A stretch of DNA of 64,000 nucleotides from assembly GCA_050175015.1 (NCBI GenBank), contig JBFXJJ010000012.1:1-64000 (forward strand), written 5' to 3'. Position 1 is the stretch's first letter. The number at the start of each line of letters is the position of its first letter. Positions 38,654-48,836 of this stretch are shown in pieces. Below the pieces are notes generated by a model that saw nothing but the letters and a program-made list of their open reading frames with translations, did not search any database and was not told the origin of the DNA. A program made the translations under genes and the position numbers. The DNA is from Alphaproteobacteria bacterium. GTDB lineage: Bacteria; Pseudomonadota; Alphaproteobacteria; JBFXJJ01.

Positions 38654-40519
38654 ATTACGAGGTTGGTGAGCGGGAATAAGCTGGCGTTTTCCCATTCCAA
38701 TCAAGTCTGTTCTCCCCATATTTCTTAAGGCTTCCCGAAGCATTGGCCAGTTTTGCGGATCGTGATAACGCAAAAATGCTTTGTGGAGCCTTCTTTGCTT
38801 TAATCCTTTAGCAGAAAAAATTAATTTGGCATCTTTCTTTAAGTTTTTAGCTGGATTATAGCCAGAATAATACATTGTTGAAGAAAGAGACATGGGCGAG
38901 GGGATAAAATTTTGAACTTGATCTAGTTTAAAATTATTCTTTTTAAGCCACAAAGCAAGATTAAGCATATCTTCATCGGTTGTTCCTGGGTGAGCTGCGA
39001 TAAAGTATGGAATCAGGTAATATTCTTTTCCTGCTTCCTTGGCAAAAGTTGTGAACATACTTTTAAACTTATCATAGCAGGCAATCCCTGGTTTTAACAT
39101 TAAAGAAAGCGTGTTTTCTTCGGTATGCTCAGGAGCAATTTTCAGATAGCCGCCAACGTGATGTCTGACAAGCTCTTTAATATAGGTTGGGCTTTTTACG
39201 GCTAAGTCATATCTTATTCCTGATGCGATAAAAATCTTTTTAATCCCAGAAACCATACGAGCTTTTTTATATAAATTGATTAGATGCGAATGATCAGTAT
39301 TAAGATTTTTACAAATTTTAGGATAAAGACAGGAAGAACGGCGGCATAATTTTCTTGCCCTTTCATTTTTGCAGTAAAGGCGATACATATTGGCAGAAGG
39401 ACCACCTAAATCAGAGATAATGCCCGTGAATCCGCTAGTCTTATTTTTTATGTTTTCAATTTCGTTTAAAATCGATTTTTCAGAACGGTTCTGAATAATT
39501 CTGCCTTCGTGAGCCGTGATTGAGCAAAAAGCACAGCCGCCAAAACAGCCCCGCATAATATTAATAGAGAACTTTATCATTTCCCAAGCGGCAATTTTAG
39601 CATCTTGATATGATGGGTGCGGCGCCCTAGCGTAAGGCAGGTCAAAAACATAATCCATCTCATCGGTTTCAAGAGGAATTGGCGGCGGCGTAATTAGGAC
39701 ATATTTATCACCGTGTTTTTGCAATAAAGATTTTGCGTTATAAGGATTACTTTCTAAATGAGTCAGACGTGAAGCTTTAGCGTATAAGAACTTGTCGTTT
39801 TTCACGTCATCAAAGGACGGCAGTTCAACAAAACTATTATTATCTTCAGGCTTTTCAGAAACAATTATCCCTGTTCCTCTAATATCGGCTTTCTTTTTTA
39901 TATCATGCTTATTGGCTATAAGATGCGCAATTTCGATAATTGCCCGTTCGGCATTGCCATAAACCAAAATGTCGGCTTTACTGTCAACTAGAATAGACCG
40001 TCTAATATTGTCTGACCAATAATCATAATGAGCGGTTCTTCTAAGCGAAGCCTCGATGCCGCCAAGAACAATAGGAACATCAGAATAAGCTTCACGGCAT
40101 CTTTGAGCATAAACAATCGTTGCTCTATCTGGTCTTTTTCCGCCTTCGTTGTTAGGTGTGTAACTATCATCGTGCCGCAGCTTTTTATCAGCTGTATAGC
40201 GGTTAACCATAGAGTCCATATTACCTGAGGTTACGCCAAAAAACAGGTTTGGCTTCCCAAGTTTTTTAAAATCATCGGGATTTTGCCAGTTAGGTTGAGC
40301 AATAATTCCAACTCTAAAACCCTGACCTTCCAAAATTCTTCCTATAATTGCCATACCAAAGCTTGGGTGATCAACATAAGCATCGCCGCTGATGATAATA
40401 ATGTCACAGGAATCCCAGCCTAGTTTTTCCATTTCTTCTTTTGACATCGGAAGAAATGGGGCGGTTCCAAATCGTTTGGCCCAGTATTTTTTATATGAAA
40501 AGATTTTTGTTTCTGACAT
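38648..40519 (-). CDS. ygiQ: YgiQ-family radical SAM protein (UPF0313)
   Basis: [51 protein letters not shown]. Confidence 0.93.
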   Translation of the reverse strand: MSETKIFSYKKYWAKRFGTAPFLPMSKEEMEKLGWDSCDIIIISGDAYVDHPSFGMAIIGRILEGQGFRVGIIAQPNWQNPDDFKKLGKPNLFFGVTSGNMDSMVNRYTADKKLRHDDSYTPNNEGGKRPDRATIVYAQRCREAYSDVPIVLGGIEASLRRTAHYDYWSDNIRRSILVDSKADILVYGNAERAIIEIAHLIANKHDIKKKADIRGTGIIVSEKPEDNNSFVELPSFDDVKNDKFLYAKASRLTHLESNPYNAKSLLQKHGDKYVLITPPPIPLETDEMDYVFDLPYARAPHPSYQDAKIAAWEMIKFSINIMRGCFGGCAFCSITAHEGRIIQNRSEKSILNEIENIKNKTSGFTGIISDLGGPSANMYRLYCKNERARKLCRRSSCLYPKICKNLNTDHSHLINLYKKARMVSGIKKIFIASGIRYDLAVKSPTYIKELVRHHVGGYLKIAPEHTEENTLSLMLKPGIACYDKFKSMFTTFAKEAGKEYYLIPYFIAAHPGTTDEDMLNLALWLKKNNFKLDQVQNFIPSPMSLSSTMYYSGYNPAKNLKKDAKLIFSAKGLKQRRLHKAFLRYHDPQNWPMLREALRNMGRTDLIGMGKRQLIPAHQPRNL

Positions 40520-40690
40520 TTTGTGATTTTAACTTCTTAATTAATTTTGTAAGGCATTATGCCCCAAAGATATAAAGCCGTCTAGTCTTTGCTGAATGAG
40601 CGTATCTTATTAAAATTATTTACTAAAAGAAAAACTAAAGTATGATTAAAATAATTTTGGTTATTTAACATAAAATATAAGGATAAAACA

Positions 40691-41659
40691 ATGGCTCAAA
40701 TTTTTGAAAACAATGCCCAGACAATCGGCAATACTCCCTTAGTAAAATTAAACAAATTGAGCAGAGACCTTAAAGCAACGATTGTTGTTAAAGTAGAAGG
40801 TCGAAATCCTGCGTACTCTGTTAAATGCCGTGTCGGAGCCGCTCTAATTGCGGCAGCAGAAAAAGAAGGCAGGCTGAAACCTGGCAGTAAAGCCGTAACA
40901 GTTATTGAACCTACAAGCGGCAATACGGGTATTGGTTTGGCTTATACGTGTGCGGCTAAAGGCTATCCTTTAATAATTACAATGCCAGAGACTATGTCTA
41001 TAGAGCGCCGTAAAATGCTTAAAGCCTTTGGAGCAGAGCTTATTCTTACCGAAGGTTCTAAAGGTATGAAAGGAGCTATCGCTAAAGCTGAAGAGCTTGC
41101 TAATAATTATCCTCAAAAATATTTTATGCCGCAACAGTTCAAAAACCCTGCCAACCCTGAAATTCACTTTAAGACAACAGCACCTGAAATTTGGCGTGAT
41201 ACTGATGGTAAAATGGATATTTTAGTAGCTGGCATTGGTACTGGCGGTACAATTACAGGCATTACTAAATATTTTAAACAGGAAAAAAACACACCAATTT
41301 ATGCTGTCGGAGTTGAACCATCTGGTTCTGCGGTACTTACTGCTATAAAAAATGGGAATGAACCTAAAGCAGGAACTCATAAAATTCAAGGCATTGGAGC
41401 GGGATTTAAACCTGATGTTCTAGACCTAGATTTGATTGATGAAATTGCTGCCATTGGTGATGATGATGCTATAAATACCGCTAAAAGAATGCATTTAGAA
41501 GAAGGTATTACTTGCGGAATTTCATCTGGAGCAGCGGTTTTTGCGGCTCTTGAGCTTGCCGCTAAACCAGAAAATGAGGGCAAACTTATTGTTGTCATTC
41601 TACCTGATGCTGGAGAGAGGTATCTTTCAAGTGCCTTATTTGAAGGTCTAGAGCTTTAA
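40691..41659 (+). CDS. cysK: Cysteine synthase A
   Basis: [48 protein letters not shown]. Confidence 0.96.
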   Translation: MAQIFENNAQTIGNTPLVKLNKLSRDLKATIVVKVEGRNPAYSVKCRVGAALIAAAEKEGRLKPGSKAVTVIEPTSGNTGIGLAYTCAAKGYPLIITMPETMSIERRKMLKAFGAELILTEGSKGMKGAIAKAEELANNYPQKYFMPQQFKNPANPEIHFKTTAPEIWRDTDGKMDILVAGIGTGGTITGITKYFKQEKNTPIYAVGVEPSGSAVLTAIKNGNEPKAGTHKIQGIGAGFKPDVLDLDLIDEIAAIGDDDAINTAKRMHLEEGITCGISSGAAVFAALELAAKPENEGKLIVVILPDAGERYLSSALFEGLEL

Positions 41660-41725
41660 CAGCAAAAAAGTTATTTTAGCTAACTAGAAAAGTATGATTA
41701 ACTGAATATAACCAAAATAGATAGT

Positions 41726-41806
41726 TTGAATGGCAGTTTTTTATAACATTGCCGTCATAACGCTAGGAGGGATATCCTAGCGTTAATCAAAACTGCCTGC
41801 ATTTCA
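41726..41806. terminator. Long nested hairpin between convergent cysK and asnS (bidirectional terminator or small repeat)
   Basis: TAACGCTAGGA/TCCTAGCGTTA (41758-41785) inside GGCAGTTTT/AAAACTGCC (41732-41797). Confidence 0.55.
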
Positions 41807-41815
41807 ATAAGTTAA

Positions 41816-43201
41816 TTAAAATTCGATGTTGTTTGGTGTTCTTGGATAAGGAATAACGTCTCTAATATTAGAGATGCCTGTAACTAACATCAAAAGACGT
41901 TCGAAGCCCAGCCCAAAACCTGCGTGCGGGGCAGAACCGTACTTTCTAGAATCAAGGTACCACCAGTAATCATTTTCGTTAAGTTTGCACTCAGTCATAC
42001 GATTTTTTAGAACATCAAGCCTTTCTTCTCTTTGACTTCCACCAATAATTTCTCCGATACCAGCAACTAAAACGTCCATAGCTGCAACTGTACGGTTATC
42101 ATCGTTAAGTCTCATATAGAAAGATTTAATTTCTTTAGGATAATTATAAACAATCACAGGTTTTTTAAAGTATTCACCCGTTAAAAACTGTTCGTGTTCT
42201 GATTGGAGGTCTTTGCCAAAGCCAACAGGGAATTCAAATTTATCTTTGTGTTCCTCCAGAATTTTCATAGCATCTTCGTAAGTAATGCGGACAAAATCAT
42301 TGTTAACAATAACTTTTAACCTTTCAATAAGCTCTTTATCAACAAAGTTTGCAAAAATCTCGAGGTCATCAGCGCATTCTTCAAGAGCATATTTTGCCAG
42401 ATATTTTATAAACTCTTCAGCCAAATCCATATCGCCATTTAGATCACAAAAAGCCATTTCGGGTTCAATCATCCAAAATTCTGCGGCGTGGCGTCTGGTA
42501 TTTGAATTCTCAGCTCTGAAAGTTGGGCCAAAAGTGTAAACATCGCCTAAAGACAGAGCAAACATTTCTACTGCAAGCTGTCCCGAGACAGTTAAGCTTA
42601 CTTCTTTGCCAAAAAAATCGTTGGTAAAATCAATTTTACCTTCATTCTTTGGAATATTGTTAAGGTCTAAAGTGGTAACTCTGAACATTTCTCCAGCACC
42701 TTCGCAGTCCGACGAAGTTATAATTGGAGTATGAACATAACGAAATTCTTTTTCCTTAAAAAATTTATGAATAGCATAAGACATTTCAGATCTAATTCGA
42801 AAAGCTGCTCCGTATTTATTGGTGCGAGGACGTAAGTGAGCGATTGTTCTCAAGTATTCATCAGTATGTCCTTTTTTCTGCAAAGGAAATGTGTCTGGCG
42901 CTAAATCGATGATAACAACATCTTTGGCTTCAACTTCATACTTTTGTTTTCCGCCTTTTGAAGCAACTAAGGCTCCTGTTACGGCTACAGCCGAACCCGT
43001 TGAAATCTTTTTTATTTCTTTTTCATAATTAGAAAGGTTTCCGCTTGCAATTACCTGAATGTTTTTAAGGCAGGAGCCGTCATTTATTTCGATAAAGGAA
43101 AAATCTTTAGCATCACGTTTAGTTCTAACCCAGCCTTTAATAAGAACTTCATTAATAGGAGAGGGGGCATCTAAAAGTTTTTTTATTTTGGTTCTTTCCA
43201 T
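41816..43201 (-). CDS. asnS: Asparagine-tRNA ligase
   Basis: GWVRTKR, INDGS, HLRPRTN, LTVSGQL, FRAENSNT, EFWMIEPE, GGSQREER, GFGLGFER; start at ATG 43201. Confidence 0.96.
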   Translation of the reverse strand: MERTKIKKLLDAPSPINEVLIKGWVRTKRDAKDFSFIEINDGSCLKNIQVIASGNLSNYEKEIKKISTGSAVAVTGALVASKGGKQKYEVEAKDVVIIDLAPDTFPLQKKGHTDEYLRTIAHLRPRTNKYGAAFRIRSEMSYAIHKFFKEKEFRYVHTPIITSSDCEGAGEMFRVTTLDLNNIPKNEGKIDFTNDFFGKEVSLTVSGQLAVEMFALSLGDVYTFGPTFRAENSNTRRHAAEFWMIEPEMAFCDLNGDMDLAEEFIKYLAKYALEECADDLEIFANFVDKELIERLKVIVNNDFVRITYEDAMKILEEHKDKFEFPVGFGKDLQSEHEQFLTGEYFKKPVIVYNYPKEIKSFYMRLNDDNRTVAAMDVLVAGIGEIIGGSQREERLDVLKNRMTECKLNENDYWWYLDSRKYGSAPHAGFGLGFERLLMLVTGISNIRDVIPYPRTPNNIEF

Positions 43202-43524
43202 GGGGGTGATTGTCCTTATAAAAGTTAAAAAAATATCAAATTGCAACGAAAACAAACATAAAAATATAGCTTGTTGGGAGCTTTTTAATTGTTTTAGAGA
43301 TTAAACTACTGAATATAAAAAATATGATTATTTTTATTAAATAGCAATACTGTCTTTTGGCTCTTTAAATAATTTTCCTAGATTGTTTTTTGTTGTTCAA
43401 AAGATAGTGTTTTATTGCCAATATTATGTGCGTAAAAAAGCAAGAACTGTTTTAGCCAAAAGGCAAAACAAAAACATACCCCGCAAGACCTTTATCATAA
43501 GGCAAACAGGCAAAAATTTAATAA

Positions 43525-43716
43525 TTATAAATCTTGTTTTATTTTTTCAAAAACACGTTGAGCATCTTCAAGTGTGGGATATACATTTCCAACTTTTTGC
43601 CCAGTAAGCGTTTTGATAATGTAGGAAGAACGAAAAACTCTTAGATATTCATCAGTCTCATCTTGGCGACATAATTGATAGCCGCCAAAATTCTCTACAA
43701 CGGTAAGATTGCTCAT
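43525..43716 (-). CDS. Small hypothetical protein (63 aa)
   Basis: Follows the upstream ORF by 5 bp on the same strand. Confidence 0.55.
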   Translation of the reverse strand: MSNLTVVENFGGYQLCRQDETDEYLRVFRSSYIIKTLTGQKVGNVYPTLEDAQRVFEKIKQDL

Positions 43717-43721
43717 AATAG

Positions 43722-44015
43722 TTATTTTTTATCAAAGCCTACGATAGGAACAGAATAAGCTCTTTCAAAATCACCGTCATCACCCATTTCACAGACTAGG
43801 AGCTCTTTATTGCTGTTTAGATTTTCAACAATATTTTGCGGAACATCGGTCAATTTAATTGGCATATCAGATTTGCGATAAAATAAGGCAACACTTTTGC
43901 CGTCAAATAATAAGCGAGAGTTTTCAGGTTCGCCATTATAGGCATTTATAACCAACATAACTTCTCCGTCTTTATTGACAATAAAGTCATAAGAGCTTTC
44001 GTTTACGATTTGCAT
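43722..44015 (-). CDS. Small acidic hypothetical protein (97 aa)
   Basis: Compact ORF 21 bp downstream of the large hypothetical gene. Confidence 0.7.
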   Translation of the reverse strand: MQIVNESSYDFIVNKDGEVMLVINAYNGEPENSRLLFDGKSVALFYRKSDMPIKLTDVPQNIVENLNSNKELLVCEMGDDGDFERAYSVPIVGFDKK

Positions 44016-44036
44016 ATTTAGTCCAGTAATTTAGGG

Positions 44037-46466
44037 TTAACGAGAACTGCCAAAAATACGTTTAAGGCTATTAATAGTTCTACTACTTTTTGCTGCATTG
44101 TCAATAACATCGCTTAAACCACCCGTTCTATGTCCCGAAACCGTTCTAATGGCTTTGTCAACACCGCGTGCTGTTTGCTCAACACCTTGAGCCACTTTTT
44201 GAGCACCATCAGTAACATTTCCATCTTGGATTTTTTCAACCCCAGCTGTCATTCTATCAACGCCGCCGGAAGTTTCTGTCATTGCTCGTCCAGTTCTAGC
44301 TGCTTTATAAGCTGCATCTCTAGCATCACCAAGAACTTCTCCGCCTTTGTCACTGATGCCCCAGTCATTGTTAATGCTTTGAGCGTTTCTAACTCTAGCG
44401 CCGATATCTCTGCCCATTTGAGTAGCTTCTTTTGAAACATCACTTACCGAGCGATTAGTATCTCTAACAGCTTGGTTAACATCTTTAACAGATGTTCCAC
44501 TGGTTTGAGAGTGATTTTCTACAGGAGCCGTTCTAACAGCATCAGCTTGAGCAGTATGGTCTACCGCGGCACTATGATCAACGGCCGCAGCCCCAGTATG
44601 ATTATATGCATTGCCATAACTTGTCTTAACGGTACCTTTAGCAAAATCATATTCAGAGGTAACAGCATTATCAGTTGTATGCATATTGATACGATGTTTA
44701 ACCGCTGCATTTAAAGCTTCATCAGGAGTAAGTCCAGGATTTGCTTGGTGTAAAACAGAAGCTTCTTTAGCTAAGGCCTCACCTGCAACATCTTCTAGTG
44801 TTGGCTGCGGTTCTCTGAATGATGATATCATATCATTCATTTCTTTTTGGTTTTCGACGATTCGATTAAAGGTACTTCTATCATTAATCATAAGGTCAAT
44901 AACATCATTAGGATTATTAGGGTTAAAATTATCTAGTTTTACAACTTCAACACCATTATGTGTCATAACAAAGCTTGAATGAGTGCTATGGTTGAAATAT
45001 TCGTCACCTAAGTAATCGGTAATTTTATCAGAAATATCTGAATAACTATCGTACCCGCCAGGAATCTGTGCTGCGGCAATAATATCGTGACCACCACCAG
45101 TATTAGCACCTGTGTCAACATCTGCACCGCCGTTTCCACCATGTCCACCTGAAACAGGAAGAACACCGCCAGCAGAATGCCCATCAGAGCCAATAACATT
45201 ATCCGCTAAATCTTTAGCGTTTCTACCAGCATCAATAATATTGTTATGATCAAGGCTGCCGTCAGCAGGAGTGTTTAAGCCACTATGATCGTGAGCTGTG
45301 CCAAATATTTTATCATTCATATTATTGAAAGTTTCTTTAGTACTTTCAACCGTTTCATTAATACCTAAAGCATTTCCCATTTCGGTTGCTTTATCGCTAA
45401 TGAATTCACTGACACCAAATTGTTTGCCCAAATTACCACCAAGAATACTTGCTGCGGTTGTTGTGCCAAGAGCCAGTATTGTATTGCCAATAAGTTTTTT
45501 CTTCTTGGCTGCACGTTCTTCGGGTGAAAGTTTTTCTAAAGCGAGTCGCTTCTCTTCTGCCCGCTTGGTTTCTTTGCCGGTTATTAATTTATAAACTTTA
45601 TCTAAAGCACCACTCTTATAAAGCAATGCGGCACCGCCTATTGCCATACCTGCAACTGGTCCAGCTATAGCTGAAGCACCAATAACAGCACCTTGCAAGG
45701 CAACACGGCTTGCAAATTTAACCCAAGGTTTAAAAGCTCCTTGCTTATCGACAAATTCAGTAGGAAGCTTTGATTCATCAAGACCTTTAGCCAAGAAAGG
45801 TTCTAATTTTTCAGCAATAACCTTATCAAGTCCTCTTTCAGATGCTTGTTTTCTTAAGGCGCTAATGGCTTCTATTTCTTTAACATTTGGAAACTTACGG
45901 TTAGATATCTCAAGCTTAGCCAGATCAGAAAGAATTTTATTGTTTTTCTTTTCTTTTAATTCTTTTCTTAAATCAAGAACGCCTCTAACTGCACCTACCG
46001 TCAACATAACTCCAGGAGTTATATAAGCTGCAGTTGATGCTGCAACTCCTGCGGTTAAAGCATATTCCGTTGCAGCTTTACCAACAGCAACAGCACCGCC
46101 TACGATGGCGGCATTTTTCAAAGCATAAGATACGGATTGTTTATCAACATAATCAGCTAATTTAAAGAAAGGTCCTTTTCTTTCAGGCTTTTTCTGGTTC
46201 GTTCCACTCTCAACGACGCTTAAGCCTTCTTTATTAAGAAACTCTGCAACTTTTTCGCCGCCTTCCTGTTTCTTTTCAGTTTTAACAGCGGTTTCTTTTG
46301 ATGGATTTTCAAGCTGATTGCGGTAAAAATCAACAATAGAATCTAACCCAGAACTCTTAGAAGGTTGTTTTGCTGGTTCTTTTTTTTGTTCTACAGAATT
46401 TAATTCTTCTAACAATTCGTTAAGAGTAAACAGGTCAAAATCGTTATTGTTATTTTGTTGTTCCAT
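44037..46466 (-). CDS. Large hypothetical protein with Gly/Ala-rich hydrophobic segments and a low-complexity C-terminal half
   Basis: AAIVGGAVAVG, GAVIGASAIAGPVAGMAIGGAALL, LALGTTTAASILGG; ATG 46466 has a GGAG RBS. Confidence 0.8.
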   Translation of the reverse strand: MEQQNNNNDFDLFTLNELLEELNSVEQKKEPAKQPSKSSGLDSIVDFYRNQLENPSKETAVKTEKKQEGGEKVAEFLNKEGLSVVESGTNQKKPERKGPFFKLADYVDKQSVSYALKNAAIVGGAVAVGKAATEYALTAGVAASTAAYITPGVMLTVGAVRGVLDLRKELKEKKNNKILSDLAKLEISNRKFPNVKEIEAISALRKQASERGLDKVIAEKLEPFLAKGLDESKLPTEFVDKQGAFKPWVKFASRVALQGAVIGASAIAGPVAGMAIGGAALLYKSGALDKVYKLITGKETKRAEEKRLALEKLSPEERAAKKKKLIGNTILALGTTTAASILGGNLGKQFGVSEFISDKATEMGNALGINETVESTKETFNNMNDKIFGTAHDHSGLNTPADGSLDHNNIIDAGRNAKDLADNVIGSDGHSAGGVLPVSGGHGGNGGADVDTGANTGGGHDIIAAAQIPGGYDSYSDISDKITDYLGDEYFNHSTHSSFVMTHNGVEVVKLDNFNPNNPNDVIDLMINDRSTFNRIVENQKEMNDMISSFREPQPTLEDVAGEALAKEASVLHQANPGLTPDEALNAAVKHRINMHTTDNAVTSEYDFAKGTVKTSYGNAYNHTGAAAVDHSAAVDHTAQADAVRTAPVENHSQTSGTSVKDVNQAVRDTNRSVSDVSKEATQMGRDIGARVRNAQSINNDWGISDKGGEVLGDARDAAYKAARTGRAMTETSGGVDRMTAGVEKIQDGNVTDGAQKVAQGVEQTARGVDKAIRTVSGHRTGGLSDVIDNAAKSSRTINSLKRIFGSSR

Positions 46467-46514
46467 AGTTTTATGCTCCATACAGTAAGCAGACATATTT
46501 ATACTTTGTGTTTA

Positions 46515-46544
46515 ATATTACCATATAGACAAAATATGTCTATA
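46515..46544 (-). promoter_or_regulatory. Putative promoter with an 8-5-8 palindromic operator
   Basis: TATAGACA-N5-TGTCTATA (46524-46544) overlapping minus-strand TAGACA..TGG-TAATAT. Confidence 0.5.
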
Positions 46545-46677
46545 GTTTTTTTGCCACAGTTAACTAAAAAAGAACCTTATGTTAGTGTGTTCAGCTTGTT
46601 TTGAGACAAAATGGTCGACGGCATGAAATGTTTTTAGTTAATCATTTTAGCGTAATTTTTTTAGTTATTATAGAAAC

Positions 46678-46706
46678 AAAAAAGTCCCATACTTCTATGA
46701 GACTTT
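46678..46706 (-). terminator. Terminator after rocD
   Basis: Minus strand AAAGTCTCATA-GAAG-TATGGGACTTTTTT. Confidence 0.75.
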
Positions 46707-46735
46707 ATCGTTAATAATATTATGCAGATATTTCT

Positions 46736-47938
46736 TTAGGCGTTTTCAACTTCTTTGAGAACGCTCTCTATTTGTTCAACAGCCCAATCGATTTGTTCTT
46801 TAGTTATGACTAAGGGAGGGGCAAAACGTATGGTTGTTTTATGGGTTTCTTTAGCAAGAATGCCTTTTTTCATAAGTCTTAAGCAGACATCTTTAGCGTC
46901 AGCTTTGTCAGCATAAAACTCCGCACCAATCCAAAGTCCGATACCTCTAATTTCTTTGAAAAGCGGAGTTTTTATTGCTTTAAGTTTTTCAACAAAATAT
47001 TTGCCAAGCTTAGCGCTGTTGTCAACCAAACCTTCTTCTTGGAGGACATTGATTGCTTCTAATGCTACTCTAGCTGCAAGAGGGTTGCCGCCAAAAGTTG
47101 AGCCGTGGCTTCCTGGTGTGAATAGTTTTAAGACCGCATCTTTACCAACAACAGCAGATACAGGCATCATACCGCCGCCTAAAGCTTTGCCTAAAATAAC
47201 GAGGTCAGGAGTTATATCTTCGTGGTTAAAGCAAAACAATTTTCCTGTTCTGCCAAGACCAGATTGAACTTCATCAAGAACCATTAGGACATTATTTTTA
47301 TCACAAATTTCGCGAATTTTTTTGAGATATCCTTTAGGTGGAACGATGATTCCAGCCTCACCTTGAACAGGTTCAATTAAAACCGCGCAAGTATTGGGAG
47401 TAATAGCCTTTGCAATAGCTTCAGCATCACCGAAAGGAACGGTTTTAAAGCCGTCTGTGAACGGTGCAAACCCATCTTTTGTTCCAAAATCAGAAGAAAA
47501 CCCAATTATCGTAGTTGTACGTCCGTGGAAGTTGCCTTCAGCCGTAATAATTTCAGCTTTGCCTTCGGGAATATTTTTAACCTTATAGCCCCACAATCTT
47601 GAAGCTTTAATTGCGGTTTCTACGCCTTCAGCGCCTGTATTCATAGGCAGAACTCTATCAAGCCTTGTTATTTCACATAGTTTTTTTTCATAAGGTCCTA
47701 AGTGAGTGTTATAAAAGGCTCTTGAAACAATAGCTAAATTTCCAGCTTGCTCCTGAAAGATTTTAACTAATCTAGGGTGGCTATGACCGTGACTTACCGC
47801 AGAATATGCGCTCATCATATCAAGATATTTTTTGCCGTCTTCGTCCCAAAGCCAAACTCCCTCTCCTTTTGCCAGCACAACAGGCAGAGGTTTGTAGTTA
47901 AAACAGCCGTATTTGTTTTCAAGCTCGATAGCGTTCAT
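46736..47938 (-). CDS. rocD: Ornithine aminotransferase
   Basis: YKPLPVV, SAYSAVSHGH, PMNTGAE, EPVQGEAG, DEVQSGLGRTG, LGKALGGG, HGSTFGGNP. Confidence 0.95.
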   Translation of the reverse strand: MNAIELENKYGCFNYKPLPVVLAKGEGVWLWDEDGKKYLDMMSAYSAVSHGHSHPRLVKIFQEQAGNLAIVSRAFYNTHLGPYEKKLCEITRLDRVLPMNTGAEGVETAIKASRLWGYKVKNIPEGKAEIITAEGNFHGRTTTIIGFSSDFGTKDGFAPFTDGFKTVPFGDAEAIAKAITPNTCAVLIEPVQGEAGIIVPPKGYLKKIREICDKNNVLMVLDEVQSGLGRTGKLFCFNHEDITPDLVILGKALGGGMMPVSAVVGKDAVLKLFTPGSHGSTFGGNPLAARVALEAINVLQEEGLVDNSAKLGKYFVEKLKAIKTPLFKEIRGIGLWIGAEFYADKADAKDVCLRLMKKGILAKETHKTTIRFAPPLVITKEQIDWAVEQIESVLKEVENA

Positions 47939-48001
47939 GTGAACTCCATAAAAAGAATGATGTTAATTTATATTTAGAAATTTAAAAATTAAGATTGACG
48001 C

Positions 48002-48682
48002 CTATTCCGTGGTCTTGTCAATTACGATTTTTATGATTTCCTCAACTGTTTTTTCTGCTCCAACCGCTACTTCATAAATTCCTTGAGCTAGCATATAGCA
48101 AGGGCAGGTTATGATTTTGTTTTTATAATCAATACATATTTCTGTGGCTGAGCATTCTTTATGTTTAGCGCCAGTTTTTTCGATTTCTATAGCTGTTGCT
48201 TCATCATTTCCGATTGTTACGGTAATATGCTTGTGGCCAAGAACTCTAGCAATTAATGCTGGTGCAATACAAAGAGCCCCAATAGGTTTTTGGGCATCAA
48301 AAGTTGTTTCGATAACTTTTTGAACCTCATCGTTAACATTAGAATCAGCACCTTTTACCGCAAAGTTGCAAAGATTTAGGGCTGCCCCAAAGCCGCCAGG
48401 AAAAATTATACCATCGAAATCTTTAACAGAATATTCGGTTAAAGGTTTTATATCGCCTCTAGCAATTCTTGCCGACTCGGATAGAACATTTCTTGAAACA
48501 GGTTCTATTTTTTTTGAATAATGATTTTTGACAAAATGCTGTTCAATGTCAGGAGCAAAACACTGATATTCCGCTTTAAGCTTATTAATAGCTAGAAGAG
48601 CCAGTGTTGCTTCGTGAATCTCACTGCCGTCAAATACTCCGCAGCCTGATAAAACTACGGCAAGTTTAACTTTTTTCTCCAT
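48002..48682 (-). CDS. elbB: ElbB/ES1-family DJ-1 glyoxalase
   Basis: LSGCGVFDGSEIHE, ESARIARG, PGGFGAA, CIAP, TIGND. Confidence 0.93.
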   Translation of the reverse strand: MEKKVKLAVVLSGCGVFDGSEIHEATLALLAINKLKAEYQCFAPDIEQHFVKNHYSKKIEPVSRNVLSESARIARGDIKPLTEYSVKDFDGIIFPGGFGAALNLCNFAVKGADSNVNDEVQKVIETTFDAQKPIGALCIAPALIARVLGHKHITVTIGNDEATAIEIEKTGAKHKECSATEICIDYKNKIITCPCYMLAQGIYEVAVGAEKTVEEIIKIVIDKTTE

Positions 48683-48836
48683 AAAAACATTGCTCCCTAT
48701 TTTTTGTTTAGAAATTATTGACTTTTAAGATGTAAATAAGAATAACAGAAAGATAATAATGGAAAAATAATAAATTAAGGTTTTTAAGAAAATGAAGTTT
48801 TTGTCTGATGGCTACAATAAAATAGAAGGTAATAAT

